Of a stretch of 47,263 bases of DNA, positions 46,059-47,263 are shown in pieces. Location of the stretch: the IMG/VR virus record IMGVR_UViG_3300037440_000041, positions 1 through 47,263 of that record; one strand, given 5' to 3'. The notes under the pieces are model-generated. The model did not search any database. It had not been told where the DNA came from and saw only the letters and a program-made list of their open reading frames with translations. The stretch comes from a virus. Taxonomy: Duplodnaviria > Caudoviricetes. Within the stretch, counting starts at the first letter, position 1, and each line of letters opens with the position of its first letter. A program made the translations under genes and the position numbers.

Positions 46059-46604
46059 GTGAAGGTACTGGTTGCGTGTGAATTCTCTGGGGTTGTACGA
46101 GACGCATTCATAGCCCGTGGACATGACGCTATTAGCTGTGACCTTCTTCCCTCAGAGTCTCCCGGCCCCCACATACAAAGAGATATCCGAGAGATAGACT
46201 TGAGCGTGTACGACTTGATGATTGCGCATCCTCCATGTACACATCTAGCAGTCTCTGGAGCACGGTGGTTCAAGGATAAGCAGAAGGAACAGGCGGAGGC
46301 CCTTAACTTTGTACGGTATCTACTTGAAGCACCTGTACTAAAGATTGCCTTAGAGAATCCTATCAGTGTTATCTCATCACGTATACGTAAGCCAGACCAG
46401 ATTGTCCAGCCGTGGATGTTTGGACATGGGGAAACAAAAGCCACCTGTTTATGGCTTAAGAATTTGCCTAAGCTGAAGCCCACGAATATTGTAAATGGGC
46501 GAGAGCACCGCGTACATCAGGAACCACCATCACCTGAGCGGTGGAAGAACCGTAGTCGTACGCTTCAGGGAATTGCTGATGCTATGGCGGCACAGTGGGG
46601 TTAA
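46059..46604 (+). CDS. phage DNA cytosine methyltransferase-like protein
   Basis: VLVACEFSG, SCDL, AHPPCT, LENP, K.TCLWL, RSRT..GIADAMA.QW. Confidence 0.75.
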   Translation: MKVLVACEFSGVVRDAFIARGHDAISCDLLPSESPGPHIQRDIREIDLSVYDLMIAHPPCTHLAVSGARWFKDKQKEQAEALNFVRYLLEAPVLKIALENPISVISSRIRKPDQIVQPWMFGHGETKATCLWLKNLPKLKPTNIVNGREHRVHQEPPSPERWKNRSRTLQGIADAMAAQWG

Positions 46605-46606
46605 AT

Positions 46607-46652
46607 AAAAAAGCGGTTGCTGAAGCGTGGAAAGTGTACGCTCGCAACCGCT
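46607..46652 (-). terminator. long hairpin with 5' A-tract (terminator on minus strand or bidirectional)
   Basis: aaaaa-agcggttgc..agcgt / acgct.gcaaccgct. Confidence 0.5.
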
Positions 46653-46736
46653 GGCCTAGTATGAATCCGTATCACTTATCTCTAGAGTCTGCTGCGGAGC
46701 ACTTTGCAGCAGGTTATGAAGCAGGGGCTAGTTTTT

Positions 46737-46898
46737 ATGCCTAGAGTTACAGAAAAGCTAGAGACACTACACACCGGCAGCGCTACCACATACTTTGTAC
46801 TAGATGATATTACTAGCATATTGGTACTAACGAACAGAATATTCCCTAAAGCATCTGGTTGGTGTGACATAACTAACCTCTGTGTAAAGGTGGTCTAA
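46737..46898 (+). CDS. microprotein family member (MPRVT...CVKVV)
   Basis: ATG 46737; TAATG overlap with the next gene. Confidence 0.55.
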   Translation: MPRVTEKLETLHTGSATTYFVLDDITSILVLTNRIFPKASGWCDITNLCVKVV

Positions 46899-47038
46899 TG
46901 TGCTCTGAGTGTGGATTCCTACCAACTAAGCATTCAGTATGCTGGTGTGCATTGTACGGCACTAACGCCCCCCACTGGAAATGTCTACGGTGTAACTACG
47001 AATGGCTTAGCACATCTAGTCTAGCATATCACCGCTAG
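46898..47038 (+). CDS. 46-aa Cys-rich zinc-finger-like protein
   Basis: MCSECG...CWC...WKCLRCNYEW. Confidence 0.55.
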   Translation: MCSECGFLPTKHSVCWCALYGTNAPHWKCLRCNYEWLSTSSLAYHR

Positions 47039-47263
47039 ACACTACCCACAAACCATTACGAAATATAATTGTAGAGTTAGTATCATCAGCTATACGCCAC
47101 TGCTGAAAGCGTACTGACTTGCAATCGTAGCAGGGGCACTCTGGGTATTCCCCTAGGTGGGGCATCCTACTGTTACCCGCGTATTAATGTGATAAACATA
47201 TTGACTGCTAACATAACAGAAGCTGTAGCTAAGGCGATCAGTACCTTAGTAATTCGTTCATTA

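Noticed and set aside
28773-46898. DGR or integron mechanism for microprotein diversity
   Set aside because: No reverse transcriptase, TR/VR pair, integrase or attC-like sites seen; the genes overlap without spacers
1-47136. Genome-wide TAG recoding suggested by abundant TAG trinucleotides
   Set aside because: Long genes translate intact in the standard code, and TAG ends genes at properly coupled junctions
47090-47167. tRNA or defined terminator at the convergence of the two arms
   Set aside because: Only imperfect stems (ctgct/agcag, cccc/gggg), with no cloverleaf or U-tract; too weak to call
47137-47263. Biological direct terminal repeat
   Set aside because: It is exactly 127 bp and cuts through a CDS, so it is best explained as the assembler overlap of a circular contig

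Overview
This window appears to be the complete, circularly assembled genome of a lytic tailed dsDNA phage, about 47,136 bp long (47137..47263 repeats 1..127). It has two divergent arms. The left arm (37..23620, minus strand) is a podovirus-like virion module: terminase, HNH, portal, two large probable ejection proteins (one with a transglycosylase domain), scaffold, capsid, adaptor/nozzle, several fibre/depolymerase proteins and small membrane proteins. The right arm (24487..47038, mostly plus strand) starts with a GC-rich early island. It then carries MoxR-AAA/VWA, family-4 UDG, PolA, SSB, primase-polymerase, a Cas4-like nuclease, an exonuclease, class II RNR, a deaminase, a cytosine MTase-like gene, several HNH/EndoVII genes and a tRNA with anticodon UAU. 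I saw no integrase, repressor, RNA polymerase, RT or CRISPR array; sigma70-type promoters are present. The most striking unexplained signal is about 20 AT-rich, highly divergent microprotein genes (mostly 43-77 aa), many missed by the ORF track. They are translationally coupled between the core replication genes, and most share an N-terminal M-x-[KR]-V-like start and a C-terminal hydrophobic-[RK]-hydrophobic-hydrophobic-stop motif. Other notable items are a structured antisense ncRNA candidate, an antisense endonuclease flanked by duplicated 5' ends of the gene it interrupts, probable non-canonical start codons, and apparent GATC avoidance with CTAG excess. All functional calls come from motif recognition by eye; no database search was run.
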